In this document: piece by piece, positions 51,214 through 61,154 of the stretch | How the letters are laid out: every line of letters starts with the position of its first letter | Position numbering within the stretch: the first letter of the stretch is position 1 | DNA from: an uncultured Gemmatimonadales bacterium | GTDB taxonomy: Bacteria; Gemmatimonadota; Gemmatimonadetes; Gemmatimonadales; GWC2-71-9 | DNA length: 64,000 bases | NCBI GenBank assembly: GCA_963828735.1 | Contig: CAWHFW010000001.1 | Span: forward strand, 1 to 64,000 | Direction: 5' to 3' | Made by a program: the position numbers and the translations under genes | Notes under the pieces: model-generated | What the model was told of the DNA's origin: nothing | What the model saw: the letters and a program-made list of their open reading frames with translations, nothing else | Database searches by the model: none

Positions 51214-53244
51214 CTACTTGGTGGTGCCCGTCGGGGCAGCTCCAGCGACTGGCGGCGCGGGTGCGCCGGCGGCAGGCGTCGCGGGCCACCGGTTGTTGGT
51301 GCGGTCCACGTCCGGATACCAGCCGTCGGGATCGACCACGACGGCGCTCACCTTCCTGGGGCCCGCGACGAGCGCGGTGTAGGTGTTCCGCAGCCCCCAG
51401 ATCTCCACCGGCAGTCGTACCCGCTGCGTGCTGCCATCATCCATCGTGAGTGCCAGCTCGACCGGCATCGGCATCTGGCCGACGTTGCGCAGGTACACGC
51501 GCGACAGCACCCCGGACGAATCCGACACCGCCACCGAATCCACGGCCTGGTCCAGCCGATCCGTAGTGTAGAACCACGAACGCCAGAACCAGCTCAGGTC
51601 CTCGCCCAGGCCGTCTTCCATCGTTCGGAAGAAGTCCGCCGGGGTCGGATGCTTGTAGGCCCACCGGCGGATGTACTCCCGAAAGACCGGGTCGAAACGG
51701 TCGGGTGACGTGATGTGCTCGCGCAGCAGGACCAGGCCCACCGCGGGCTTGTTGTACAGCGCCTGGCGCCAGTTCTCGTTGGTGCGCATCCGGTCGGCAG
51801 GAGCCATGATCGGCTCCTCGTCGCCCGAGAGCGCATTCTTGATGTAGGTCTCCTGCACGCCCCGCGCGAGCGGAAGCGGCGCGCCGGGGAACTTCTGCGG
51901 GAAACTGTAGTGGTTCATGAAGCTGTTGAACCCTTCGTCCATCCACCCGTACTGGCGCTCGTTGCTGCCCACCACCATCGGGAACCAGGTGTGCCCGAAC
52001 TCATGATCGGTCACGCTGTACAGTCCCTGGGCGTCGGCCCGATTGTGACAGAAGACGATCATCGGGTACTCCATCCCCCCCTCGATCCCATTCACGTTGC
52101 TGGCAAAGGGGTAGGGGTACGGCATCCATTGCTTGGAGTAGTACTCGAGCGCCGTCTTGGCGTATTGTGTCGCGTCCTTCCACAGGGAATCGGCCGACGG
52201 GGGATAGAAGCTCATCGCGACGGTCTTGCCGCCGTTCACGCCGACCGCGTCCCACACGAAGTGCCGCGCCGCCGCCCAGGCGAAATCGCGGACGCTGTCG
52301 GCGGTGAACCGCCAGGTGAGCGTGGGGTACGACGTCGGCGGACGCGAGGCGGGGTCCCCGATCTCGTCCTTCCCCCGGATGACCACCGTCTCGTTGCTCG
52401 TGCGCGCCCGCGCGAGCCGCGCTCGCTGGGCGGCGGTCAGCACCTCGTCGGGGTTCTGCAGGGTCCCGGTCGCTGCCACGATCATGTCGGCGGGGACCGT
52501 GAGGCTGACGTCGAAGCTGCCGTACTCGAGATAGAACTCCCCCTGGCCGAGGTACTGCTCCGTGTTCCAGCCGCGCACGTCGTCGTAGACGGCCATGCGC
52601 GGGTACCACTGGGCCACCTCGTAGACCGTGGCCCCGTCGATGTCCTCGACACCCATCCGGTTGCCATTGGCCCCGAAAGGGAACGACCAGGCGAGCTCGA
52701 GCACCTGCTTGCCCTTGGGGGGCAACGGCCGGGTGAGGTCGATCCGCATGACGGTCCCGTTCACCGTATACTCGAGCGCCGAGGCGGGCACGGCGGGACG
52801 CGCGGGCACGCCCGGCTTCCCGCGGATCGCCGCGATCGCGGGCTCTCCCACCTTGAGCAGGGTCACCGACACCTCCGCGCCCTTGGTGCCGAAGCGCGGG
52901 TCCTGCCCGAATACGCGATAGCCCCGGCTCTCGCTGTTGAACAGGTTCTGTTCCAGCTGGAGCCAGACGTAGCGGAGCGTGTCGGGCGAGTTGTTCGTGT
53001 AGGTCACCCGCTCGTCGCCGCGGACCGACCGGCTCGTCGTGTCCAGCGTCGCGCGGATGACGTAGTCGGCCCGCTGCTGCCAGTAGCCCGGTCCCGGCTC
53101 GCCGCTCCCCGTCCGCACGCTGTTCGGCGAGGGAAGCTCGAGGCGGCCGAAGACGGCTTCGGGATTGCTGGTGGCGGGGACGGCCTGGGCGAGGGCGGGG
53201 GAGGCGGTGACAAACAACAGGATAGCGGCGGCAATCAGGCGCAC
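51214..53244 (-). CDS. Secreted M1-family zinc aminopeptidase
   Basis: Signal peptide, YWQQRADY, GGMEYP, HEFGHTWF, WMDEG, YNKP. Confidence 0.9.
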   Translation of the reverse strand: MRLIAAAILLFVTASPALAQAVPATSNPEAVFGRLELPSPNSVRTGSGEPGPGYWQQRADYVIRATLDTTSRSVRGDERVTYTNNSPDTLRYVWLQLEQNLFNSESRGYRVFGQDPRFGTKGAEVSVTLLKVGEPAIAAIRGKPGVPARPAVPASALEYTVNGTVMRIDLTRPLPPKGKQVLELAWSFPFGANGNRMGVEDIDGATVYEVAQWYPRMAVYDDVRGWNTEQYLGQGEFYLEYGSFDVSLTVPADMIVAATGTLQNPDEVLTAAQRARLARARTSNETVVIRGKDEIGDPASRPPTSYPTLTWRFTADSVRDFAWAAARHFVWDAVGVNGGKTVAMSFYPPSADSLWKDATQYAKTALEYYSKQWMPYPYPFASNVNGIEGGMEYPMIVFCHNRADAQGLYSVTDHEFGHTWFPMVVGSNERQYGWMDEGFNSFMNHYSFPQKFPGAPLPLARGVQETYIKNALSGDEEPIMAPADRMRTNENWRQALYNKPAVGLVLLREHITSPDRFDPVFREYIRRWAYKHPTPADFFRTMEDGLGEDLSWFWRSWFYTTDRLDQAVDSVAVSDSSGVLSRVYLRNVGQMPMPVELALTMDDGSTQRVRLPVEIWGLRNTYTALVAGPRKVSAVVVDPDGWYPDVDRTNNRWPATPAAGAPAPPVAGAAPTGTTK

Positions 53245-53309
53245 AGAGGGGCGTCCTCGAGGAGGCGAAGTGGAGGAATCGGAGCGACGGAGTCTAGCGG
53301 CGGCGACGG

Positions 53310-54767
53310 CTAGCGCGCCAGCGCCCGGTCGGTGAAATCACGCTCGCCGGTCACCTCGCGCAGGACGTAGGACTCGAGCCATTCGGGGAGCTCGACCGAT
53401 GCCTCTTCGGGGCCGGGAGCGACCTCGAGCAGCACCAGGTTGCGATCCAGATACTCGTCGATCTCCCACTGCAGGCCGAAGTCCGGCACGATGTGACGCC
53501 GCTTCCGCGCGCGGCGGCCCGAAGTCAGCGGCCAGATCGCCTCGAAGAGGGCGGGGTCGACCTCGCCTTCGGGTGCGGCGGACGCCGCACCGGTGGCGGG
53601 GCGGCTCGTGCGCAGGGTAGGGCCGAGCGGGCCGGGTCCCAGGCTCGTCACCCGCTCGACCACGCGCAATCCCGGCAGCCATCCTTGCTCGATCTCCTGG
53701 CGGGCGAAGGCCCGCGCCGTCGCCGGCACCCGGCTCAGCAGGAAGCGGCGCTCGATCTCCGCCACGCACGCCGGCCGATTGGCGATCCGCTTCCCGACCG
53801 CCGTTACCGCCTCGAAGAACGCGTCGGCCGCGCCCGCGAGCCAGTCCGCGCGCAGCCGAGCGAATGCCTCCGCCTCACGCTCCTCGAGGCGCTCGGCGAG
53901 CGCCAGCAGGCCGGGACGGGGATCGTCGTCCTCCTCGACCGCCGGGCCGTCCGCGAGGCTGGCCCGCACCGCCGCCTCGAGCCGGCGCACGTGCTCGCGG
54001 CCGGCGCGGTCGAGATCGAGCACGAGCACGGCACGCTGCGTTCGGCTGTCCCGGAGCTCACCGAGGGCGTCCTGCAGCTCGCGGAGCTTCCCGATCAGGG
54101 GCTCGACCCCGTCCACCTCGCTTCGGATGGGCTCGAGCAGGTAGCGGAGCCGCTTGGCCGCGATCCGGGCCCGATGTGCGGGCCCCTCGTCCACCATCGT
54201 CCGGACGGCGCCGAGCCGGCATTCGAGGTCCCCGCCGAATTTCCGGATCCGGCTGCCGAGGACGGCCGCGGCTTCGTGCCGGCGACGCGACGGATCGCGC
54301 TCGATGCGCAGGCGATAGCGCTCGAGTCGGGCGCGCATCCGCGTCTCGAAGTTGGCGAACCGCCGCGCCACGTAGTCGGAGAGCCGGCGGTCGGCCCGGC
54401 GCCGGCGCGCTTCCATCCGGGCCAGGTGCCAGTGGAGCCCCGCGCGCTGGCGCTCGCTCATCGCCGGCTCCTGCTCGCGCTCCCAGGCCAGGTGCACCTC
54501 AGCGTCGCGGCTTCGACCGGTTGCGCGCCCGAGCTTGGTCAGGCGGCGGCGGAGCCGCGGGGAGATGCTGCCGTCGATCTCCGGGCGGTAGGCCTGGAGA
54601 CAGCTTCGGAGCCGGCGCGTCGCGACCCGGAAGTCGTGGAGTGCCATCGGGTCGGTCGGGTCGCCCAGCCGCAGCGCCGCCTCGGCGGTGCGGTCCAGAA
54701 GGGCCAGCGCGATGAGGCGAGCGGCTTCTTCCGCGGGAAGGTCGAGCAGGTACTCCGGCAGCGACAC
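53310..54767 (-). CDS. CHAD-domain protein with C-terminal CYTH-like domain
   Basis: LHDFRVATRRLRS, RDAEV, HRARIAAKRLRYLLE, LQDALGELRD, then EIERRFL, RKRR, WEIDEY, EVTG. GTG start follows GGAG. Confidence 0.85.
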   Translation of the reverse strand: MSLPEYLLDLPAEEAARLIALALLDRTAEAALRLGDPTDPMALHDFRVATRRLRSCLQAYRPEIDGSISPRLRRRLTKLGRATGRSRDAEVHLAWEREQEPAMSERQRAGLHWHLARMEARRRRADRRLSDYVARRFANFETRMRARLERYRLRIERDPSRRRHEAAAVLGSRIRKFGGDLECRLGAVRTMVDEGPAHRARIAAKRLRYLLEPIRSEVDGVEPLIGKLRELQDALGELRDSRTQRAVLVLDLDRAGREHVRRLEAAVRASLADGPAVEEDDDPRPGLLALAERLEEREAEAFARLRADWLAGAADAFFEAVTAVGKRIANRPACVAEIERRFLLSRVPATARAFARQEIEQGWLPGLRVVERVTSLGPGPLGPTLRTSRPATGAASAAPEGEVDPALFEAIWPLTSGRRARKRRHIVPDFGLQWEIDEYLDRNLVLLEVAPGPEEASVELPEWLESYVLREVTGERDFTDRALAR

Positions 54768-54949
54768 GACGGTCTCCGAGGGGCTCGGGCGAGGAGGGGC
54801 CAATTTACAGGCCGGCGCCGACCGGCGGAAGGGAACCGTCGCGGCGCCCGGGAAGAGCAGGAGCACGCCTCTCGGCGAAACGAAAAGGACACGGCAAAGG
54901 ATGGTTGCCGTGTCCTCGGGTGCGGCCGGCCGTGGGTGGGCCGCGCGGG

Positions 54950-56975
54950 CTAGGGCGTCGTCCCGGGCGCGGCCGTCCAGCCATCGTTCGTCGGGTTCAC
55001 ATCCGGGAACAGGCCGTCCGGATTCACCCGGGCGCTCGCGATCGCCTTCCCGGGTGGCACCCGGTAGATGTACCGGTTGCCGCCGTACCAGATCTCGACC
55101 GGGAGCTTCACCGTCTCCTTGGTGCCGTCGTCGAAGCCGAGCTCGAGCTCCACCGGCATGACGGCTGGTCCGAGGCTGCGGATCGCGACGAGAGACGATC
55201 CGTCCGGCGCCTGCTTCACGCTTTCCACGCTCTGGTCGAGCGCCGACGTCGTGTAGAAGAACCCGCGCCAGAACCACGCGAGATCCCGGCCCGAAACCTC
55301 TTCGATGGTGCGGAAGAAATCCGCCGGCTGGGGATGCTTGAAGGCCCACCGGCGGGTGTACTCGCGGAACGCGGTGTCGAAGATTTCCGGGCCCAGCACC
55401 TTGTTCCGGAGCGCGAGGAGCATGATGGACGGCTTCACGTAGGCCAGGCTGCCGAGATTGTCGTTGTTGCGGTACCGATTGGCCGGCGTCATGATCGGCT
55501 GCGCGGCGGGGCCCTGGTCCAGCCCGGTCACGAAATGGATCTCGTTGCGGCGCGTGTCGGTGTCGTCCCGCTTCCAGTAATTCTCCTCGGAGAACGTATT
55601 GATGAAGGTATTGAATCCCTCGTCCATCCATGCGTAGCGCCGCTCGTCCGATCCGACCGTCATCGGATACCACATGTGTCCGATCTCGTGCGTGATCACG
55701 CTGTAGAGGTCGGTCTTGTCTTCCGAGGGGGCCTCCATCGCCACCATCGGGTATTCCATGCCCGAAACGGGGCCCTCGATCGCGCTGATCTGCGGATACG
55801 GGTATCGGAACCAATGCGAGCTGTACTCGAGGATGGAGAAGCGGCTCATCTTCGCGGCGTCTTCCCAGGTCGAGCGGGCGTCGTTCCGGTAATACGCCTG
55901 CGCGAGGATCCCGTCCCACGCGGACGCGTCCCAGCGATAGTCCGGAGAGGCGGCCCAGGCCGCGTCCCGGACGCTCGCCGCGTGGAAGCGCCACGTGAAC
56001 GTCCCATCCTGCCGCGGGCGCGCGGCGCCCGAGGCGAGCTCGTCCGCCGTCACGATGGCGATCGTGCTGTCGGATTTGAGCGCCGCCGTGAGCCGCGTCC
56101 GCTGTGCCGCGGTCAGCACCTGCTCGGGATTCTGCAGCACGCCGCTTCCCGCCACGATGTACCCGGCGGGAACGGTGACGTCGTAGTCGATGTCGCCGTA
56201 CTCGAGGTAAAACTCTCCCTGGCCCAGGTACTGATCGGTGTTCCAGCCGTGCACGTCGTCGTACACCGCCATGCGCGGGTACCATTGGGCGATCTCGTAC
56301 AGGTTGCCCTCTCGTCCCATCCGATCGGCCCCGTGCTCCGGCACGTTGAACGAGTACGCCAGATCGAGGACGGTCGTGGCGCCGGGCGCGAGCGCCTGGA
56401 CCAGCTCCACGTACATCATGGTGTCGTCCACCCGGTACGCGAGCGCGGTGGGTGGCAGCGGGCGCGCCTCGGAGGACGATCCCGCGGTGCGGCTCCGGCG
56501 CGGCCCCTTGGCGGCCGGCGAGCTCTGCGTGAGGCTCGTGATGTCGAACCCGCCCGGAGAATCCGGCGCCCCCGAACCGGCTCTCCGCCGCGAACAGCAG
56601 CGAGCCGGTGCTCCCCGACCGGAACAGGTTCTGGTCCACCTGCATCCACACGAACCTGAGCGTGTCGGGTGAATCGTTGGTGTAGCGGATCTGCTCGGTC
56701 CCGATCACCCGCTTCGCGGCGGTGTCGAGCGTCGCCTTGATCGTGTAGTCGGCCCGCTGCTGCCAGTAGCCAGGACCGGGCGCGCCGTCCGCGCTCCGGA
56801 CAAGGGTGGGCGGTGGCAGCGCGATCGGGCTGAAGATGCCCGTGTCCGCGACCGGCGGCTTGAGCGCCGGCTGGAGGTTGAGCGGCCGGGCCGGCTGGGT
56901 CGGTGTATTCGAATCCGATTGCTGGGCCGCGAGCGGGCTCGCGCTCAGCACGACGAGAAGGACGAGAAGTCGCAT
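54950..56975 (-). CDS. Secreted M1-family zinc aminopeptidase (paralog 2); apparent +1 frameshift at about 56554
   Basis: Signal peptide and YWQQRADY lie in the 56975 frame. SGMEYP, HEIGHMWY, WMDEG and YVKP lie in the 56431 frame. Confidence 0.88.
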
Positions 56976-56990
56976 GGAGGTCCCGGCGGG

Positions 56991-57569
56991 TTAGAGCTTC
57001 GGCAGGGTAACGCCGGTCTGACCCTGGTACTTCCCGGCTTTATCGGCGTAGCTGGTTTCGCAGATGTCGTCCTCATCGGCCTCGAAGAAGAGGACCTGAC
57101 AGATCCCCTCGTTCGCGTAGATGCGGGCGGGGAGCGGCGTCGTGTTGCTGATCTCCAGCGTGACGTGTCCCTCCCACTCGGGCTCGAACGGGGTCACGTT
57201 GGTGATGATCCCGCAGCGGGCGTACGTGCTCTTCCCGACGCAGATCGTCAGCACCTCTCGCGGGATGCGGAAGTACTCGACCGACCGCGCCAGCGCGAAG
57301 CTGTTGGGCGGCACGATGCACACCTCGCCCTCGAAGGGCACGAAGCTCCGCTGGTCGAATTCCTTCGGGTCCACCACGGCGCTCAGCACGTTGGTGAAGA
57401 TCTTGAACTCGGGGGCCACGCGCATGTCGTATCCGTAGCTCGACAAACCGTAGGAAATGACCCGCCGCCCGTGGGTGTCCACCTGTCGCACCTGCGCGTC
57501 GGTGAACGGCTCGATCATGGAGCGCTCGCGGGCCATGCGGCGGATCCAGCGGTCGGACTTGATGGACAT
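56991..57569 (-). CDS. dcd: dCTP deaminase
   Basis: [42 protein letters not shown]. Confidence 0.96.
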   Translation of the reverse strand: MSIKSDRWIRRMARERSMIEPFTDAQVRQVDTHGRRVISYGLSSYGYDMRVAPEFKIFTNVLSAVVDPKEFDQRSFVPFEGEVCIVPPNSFALARSVEYFRIPREVLTICVGKSTYARCGIITNVTPFEPEWEGHVTLEISNTTPLPARIYANEGICQVLFFEADEDDICETSYADKAGKYQGQTGVTLPKL

Positions 57570-57633
57570 GCGGCCTCAAAAAATGGTGGTCCGGGGGCTG
57601 TCGGGCGGGGAATATAGTCGGATGCGGGGCGGG

Positions 57634-57662
57634 TTGAATTGACTTTCTAAGTCGGTTACCTT
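57634..57662 (+). promoter_or_regulatory. Putative sigma70 promoter of the nuo operon
   Basis: TTGAAT-N17-TACCTT in an AT-rich divergent intergenic region. Confidence 0.55.
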
Positions 57663-57671
57663 CCGCCGGAT

Positions 57672-57689
57672 AAGTGAAAAAATTCACGA
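57672..57689. promoter_or_regulatory. Palindromic operator, Rex-box-like (CRP/FNR-family spacing also fits)
   Basis: AAGTGAAAAAATTCACGA versus the Rex consensus TTGTGAA-N4-TTCACAA; lies just downstream of the -10. Confidence 0.6.
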
Positions 57690-57711
57690 TGCCGATTCTG
57701 CACCGAGGCAT

Positions 57712-58077
57712 ATGCTTCAGCCCTATATCCCCATCCTCCTCCTGATCGCGTTCGTCGTGGCCAACGCGATCCTGATGCTGGGCGCGTCGCATCTCTTGTC
57801 CACCTACCGCCGGACTCCCACGAAAATCGCTCCCTACGAATCCGGCATGCCCGTGCTGGGGGACGCGCGCGAGCGGTTTTCGGTCAAGTTCTACCTGGTC
57901 GCGATGCTGTTCATCATCTTCGACATCGAGACCGTGTTCATGATTCCGTGGGCCGTGGCCTTCCGCCAGCTGGGCGACATGGCCGGCCTGCTCATCATCG
58001 AGATGTTCGTCTTCATCGTGATTCTCGCGGTGGGGTACGTGTATATCTGGAAGCGGGGAGCGCTCCAATGGGATTGA
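57712..58077 (+). CDS. nuoA: NADH-quinone oxidoreductase subunit A
   Basis: [30 protein letters not shown]. Confidence 0.96.
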   Translation: MLQPYIPILLLIAFVVANAILMLGASHLLSTYRRTPTKIAPYESGMPVLGDARERFSVKFYLVAMLFIIFDIETVFMIPWAVAFRQLGDMAGLLIIEMFVFIVILAVGYVYIWKRGALQWD

Positions 58078-58697
58078 CCAATCCCGCCACCGAATATCGC
58101 GACAGCGATTCGACGACCGTCTCGTCGATCTCGCCCAACTGGGTCACCACCCGGCTCGATTTCCTGACCAACTGGGCCCGAAGCAACTCACTGTGGCCCA
58201 TGCCGTTCGGCACCGCGTGCTGCGCCATCGAGTACATGGCCACGGCGGCCAGTCGCTTCGACATCGCCCGCTTCGGCATGGAGCGCCAGAGTTTCTCACC
58301 GCGGCAGGCGGACGTGCTGATCTGCGCCGGCCGGCTTCCCTTCAAGCTGGCGCCCGTGATCCGGCGCATCTGGGACCAGATGCCCCAGCCGAAGTGGTCC
58401 ATTTCGATGGGCGCCTGCGCGTCCTCCGGCGGGATCTTCGACAACTACGCGATGGTGCAGGGGATCGACACGATCATCCCGGTGGACGTCTATGTGCCGG
58501 GCTGCCCGCCGCGGCCGGAGGGCCTCATTTACGGCATCCGCCTGCTCCAGAAGAAGATTATGGGGGAGAGCATCGCGGACGACACGTTGCGGGACGAGAA
58601 GCTCGTGGGACCGTCCGGCCTGTTTCTCTCCCCCGAGCGGGTGGACGAGCTGTCCGAGCCGTTCGGGAATTCCGTTCACCAGACCCGGTCCACGTGA
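58068..58697 (+). CDS. nuoB: NADH-quinone oxidoreductase subunit B
   Basis: [33 protein letters not shown]. Confidence 0.96.
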   Translation: MGLTNPATEYRDSDSTTVSSISPNWVTTRLDFLTNWARSNSLWPMPFGTACCAIEYMATAASRFDIARFGMERQSFSPRQADVLICAGRLPFKLAPVIRRIWDQMPQPKWSISMGACASSGGIFDNYAMVQGIDTIIPVDVYVPGCPPRPEGLIYGIRLLQKKIMGESIADDTLRDEKLVGPSGLFLSPERVDELSEPFGNSVHQTRST

Positions 58698-58743
58698 TGC
58701 CTCGCCCCTCGGCTTCGGCGCCTCACGGGGCGGAGCGTGAGCT

Positions 58744-59364
58744 ATGACCGCCGCGATATCGCCTTCGGTCGGGGCGCTCCGCGGCGAGTTCGGGAGCGCC
58801 CTCGGCCGCCATGTCGTCTCCTGCGGCGACACGATCGTCTACGTGCAGCGCGAGCGCGCGCATGACGTGCTCGCCTGGCTGCGCGATACCCCCGGCCAGC
58901 AGTTCGACTACCTCACCGACATCACGGCGGTCGAATACCGGGACCCCGAGCTGCCCCTCGAGGTGGTGTGGCAGCTTCGGTCGCTGCCGCGCAAGGCCGA
59001 CCTCCGCGTGAAGGTCGAGCTCGACAAGCGCGGTCCGCTCGAGGTCCGGTCGGTGTGGGACCTCTGGCACGGGGCGGACTGGCTGGAGCGCGAGGTGTAC
59101 GACATGTTCGGCATCACCTTCGCGGGCCACCCGGACCTCCGGCGGATCCTCATGTGGGAGACCTACGCCGAAGGCTACCCGCTGCGGAAGGACTTCCCGC
59201 TGCGCGGTCACTTCAGCCGCGCCGAGCAGACCCGCCAGGCGCTCGCCGCCAATCCCGAAGCGCACTACTCCATGGAAGAGCTCTCCATCGCCGAGGCGTT
59301 CAGCGAGCTGCCCGCCGACATGCGGGAGCGCCTGGCGCGGGGCGAGCGAGGATTCCTGAAATGA
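58744..59364 (+). CDS. nuoC: NADH-quinone oxidoreductase subunit C
   Basis: ADWLEREVYDMFGI.F.GHPDLRRIL, YPLRKDFP. Confidence 0.95.
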   Translation: MTAAISPSVGALRGEFGSALGRHVVSCGDTIVYVQRERAHDVLAWLRDTPGQQFDYLTDITAVEYRDPELPLEVVWQLRSLPRKADLRVKVELDKRGPLEVRSVWDLWHGADWLEREVYDMFGITFAGHPDLRRILMWETYAEGYPLRKDFPLRGHFSRAEQTRQALAANPEAHYSMEELSIAEAFSELPADMRERLARGERGFLK

Positions 59365-60654
59365 GCCTCCGTACCGTCGAGCTTGGCGCTGGCCACGCCG
59401 GGCCTCGACGCCCAGGGCCGCCCGACCCGCGTCCCGCTGGGCGTGAGCCACGGCACGGGAACCTACGACGAGGATTTCGGCGCCGAGCACATGCTGGTGA
59501 ACATCGGGCCGCAGCACCCCGCCACGCACGGCGTGCTCCGCCTCGTGATCGAGCTCGAGGGCGAGACGGTCAAGCGCTGCATCCCGCACGTCGGCTACCT
59601 GCACTCGGGGTTCGAGAAGCTCGGCGAATACCGTCACTACAACCAGATCATTCCGCTCACCGACCGCACGGACTACCTGTCCCCCATGGCGAACAACGTC
59701 GGGCTCGCCCTGGCGGCCGAGAAGCTGATGGGGATTCAGGTGCCGGAGCGGTGCCGCGTGCTCCGGGTGATCGCGTGCGAGATGAGCCGGATCATCTCCC
59801 ACCTCGTGTGGCTCGGCACCACCGGCATCGACCTCGGGGCCTTCACGCCGTTCCTGTGGTCGTTCCAGCAGCGCGAGCGGATCTACAACCTGCAGGAGAT
59901 GTGGACCGGCGCGCGGCTCACGACCAGCCTCACGCGGGTCGGCGGCATGATGGCCGACGTGCCCGAGGAGTTCGAGGCGGGCCTCAGGGACTTCACGCGG
60001 ACGTTCCCCAAGACGTTGACCGAGGTGGACACAATGTTCACCCGGAACGCGATCTGGATCGGCCGGACCCAGGGCGTGGGCGCGCTCACGGCCGCCGAGG
60101 CGACGAACTACTCGCTGTCGGGCCCCATGCTGCGCGCGAGCGGCGTGGACTACGACTGCCGCAAGGACCGTCCGTATCTCGATTACGAGACCTACGACTT
60201 CGACGTCCCGGTCGGCGAGCACGGCGACATCTACGACCGCTACCGCATCCGGCTCGAGGAGATGTGGCAGTCGAACCGGATCCTGGAGCAGGGCCTCGAC
60301 CGCCTGGCCCGGCTCAAGGGCGCGCCGATCAACGTGGACGATCCGCGCATCATCCTGCCGCCCAAGTCGCGCGCGATGAGCGACATGGAGGCGATGATCT
60401 TCCACTTCAAGCAGGTGATGGAAGGCGTGAAGCCGCCGGTGGGTGAGGCCTACATGGGCATCGAGAACCCCAAGGGCGAGCTCGGCTACTATCTGGTCTC
60501 CGACGGCACGGCCAAGCCGGTGCGCTGGCGCATTCGCCCGCCGTCGTTCATCAACCTGGCGAGCCTGCCCAAGATGTGCGAGGGCGCGCTCCTCTCCGAC
60601 GTTATCGCCATCAACGCGAGCGTGGACATCGTCATGGGAGAAGTGGACCGATGA
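59361..60654 (+). CDS. nuoD: NADH-quinone oxidoreductase subunit D
   Basis: NIGPQHPATHGVLR, GYLHSG.EK, ENPKGE, DIVMGEVDR. Either ATG 59361 (overlapping the nuoC stop) with a +1 indel at about 59383, or TTG 59383. Confidence 0.93.
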
Positions 60655-61154
60655 GCGCGCACGGCGCGACCGCGGCGTACGAGCCGGTCTTCGTGGGCGA
60701 CACGCGGGTCCGGCTCGAGCGGCTCTTCGCCGACTACCCCGCCAAGCAGGGCTGCCTCCTGCCGGCGCTCTGGATGGTGCAGGAAGCGCGCGGCTGGATC
60801 TCGGACGCGGCCATCGCGGAGGTGGCGCACGTGCTCGAGCTGACCCCGGCCTACGTGAAGGGCGTGGTCACGTTCTACACGATGTACCACACCCATCCCG
60901 TCGGGCGGCACTTCATCCAGGTGTGCACCACGTCGCCGTGCAACATCTGCGGGGCGGAAGATGTGGTGAAGGCGCTGCTCCAGGCCACTGCCTGCGGCGA
61001 GCTCGGCGCCACCAGCCCTGACGGCCGGTTCACCGTCATCGAGGTGGAGTGCCTGGGCGCCTGCGGGTTCCCCACGCCCATTCTGATCGATGACGACTTC
61101 ATCGAGAGCGTGACGCCGGAGCAGGTGCCCGCGCTGCTGCAGAGGTACGCGTAA
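60651..61154 (+). CDS. nuoE: NADH-quinone oxidoreductase subunit E
   Basis: VVTFYTMY, VCTTSPC, ECLGACG. Confidence 0.95.
   Translation: MSAHGATAAYEPVFVGDTRVRLERLFADYPAKQGCLLPALWMVQEARGWISDAAIAEVAHVLELTPAYVKGVVTFYTMYHTHPVGRHFIQVCTTSPCNICGAEDVVKALLQATACGELGATSPDGRFTVIEVECLGACGFPTPILIDDDFIESVTPEQVPALLQRYA

Noticed and set aside
53310..56975. 1221-aa ORF that looks like a giant peptidase-CHAD-CYTH fusion
   Set aside because: It is an artefact of the +1 shift at about 56554. The middle is off-frame Arg/Gly-rich text over the real M1 peptidase, and the CHAD gene has its own SD and GTG at 54767.
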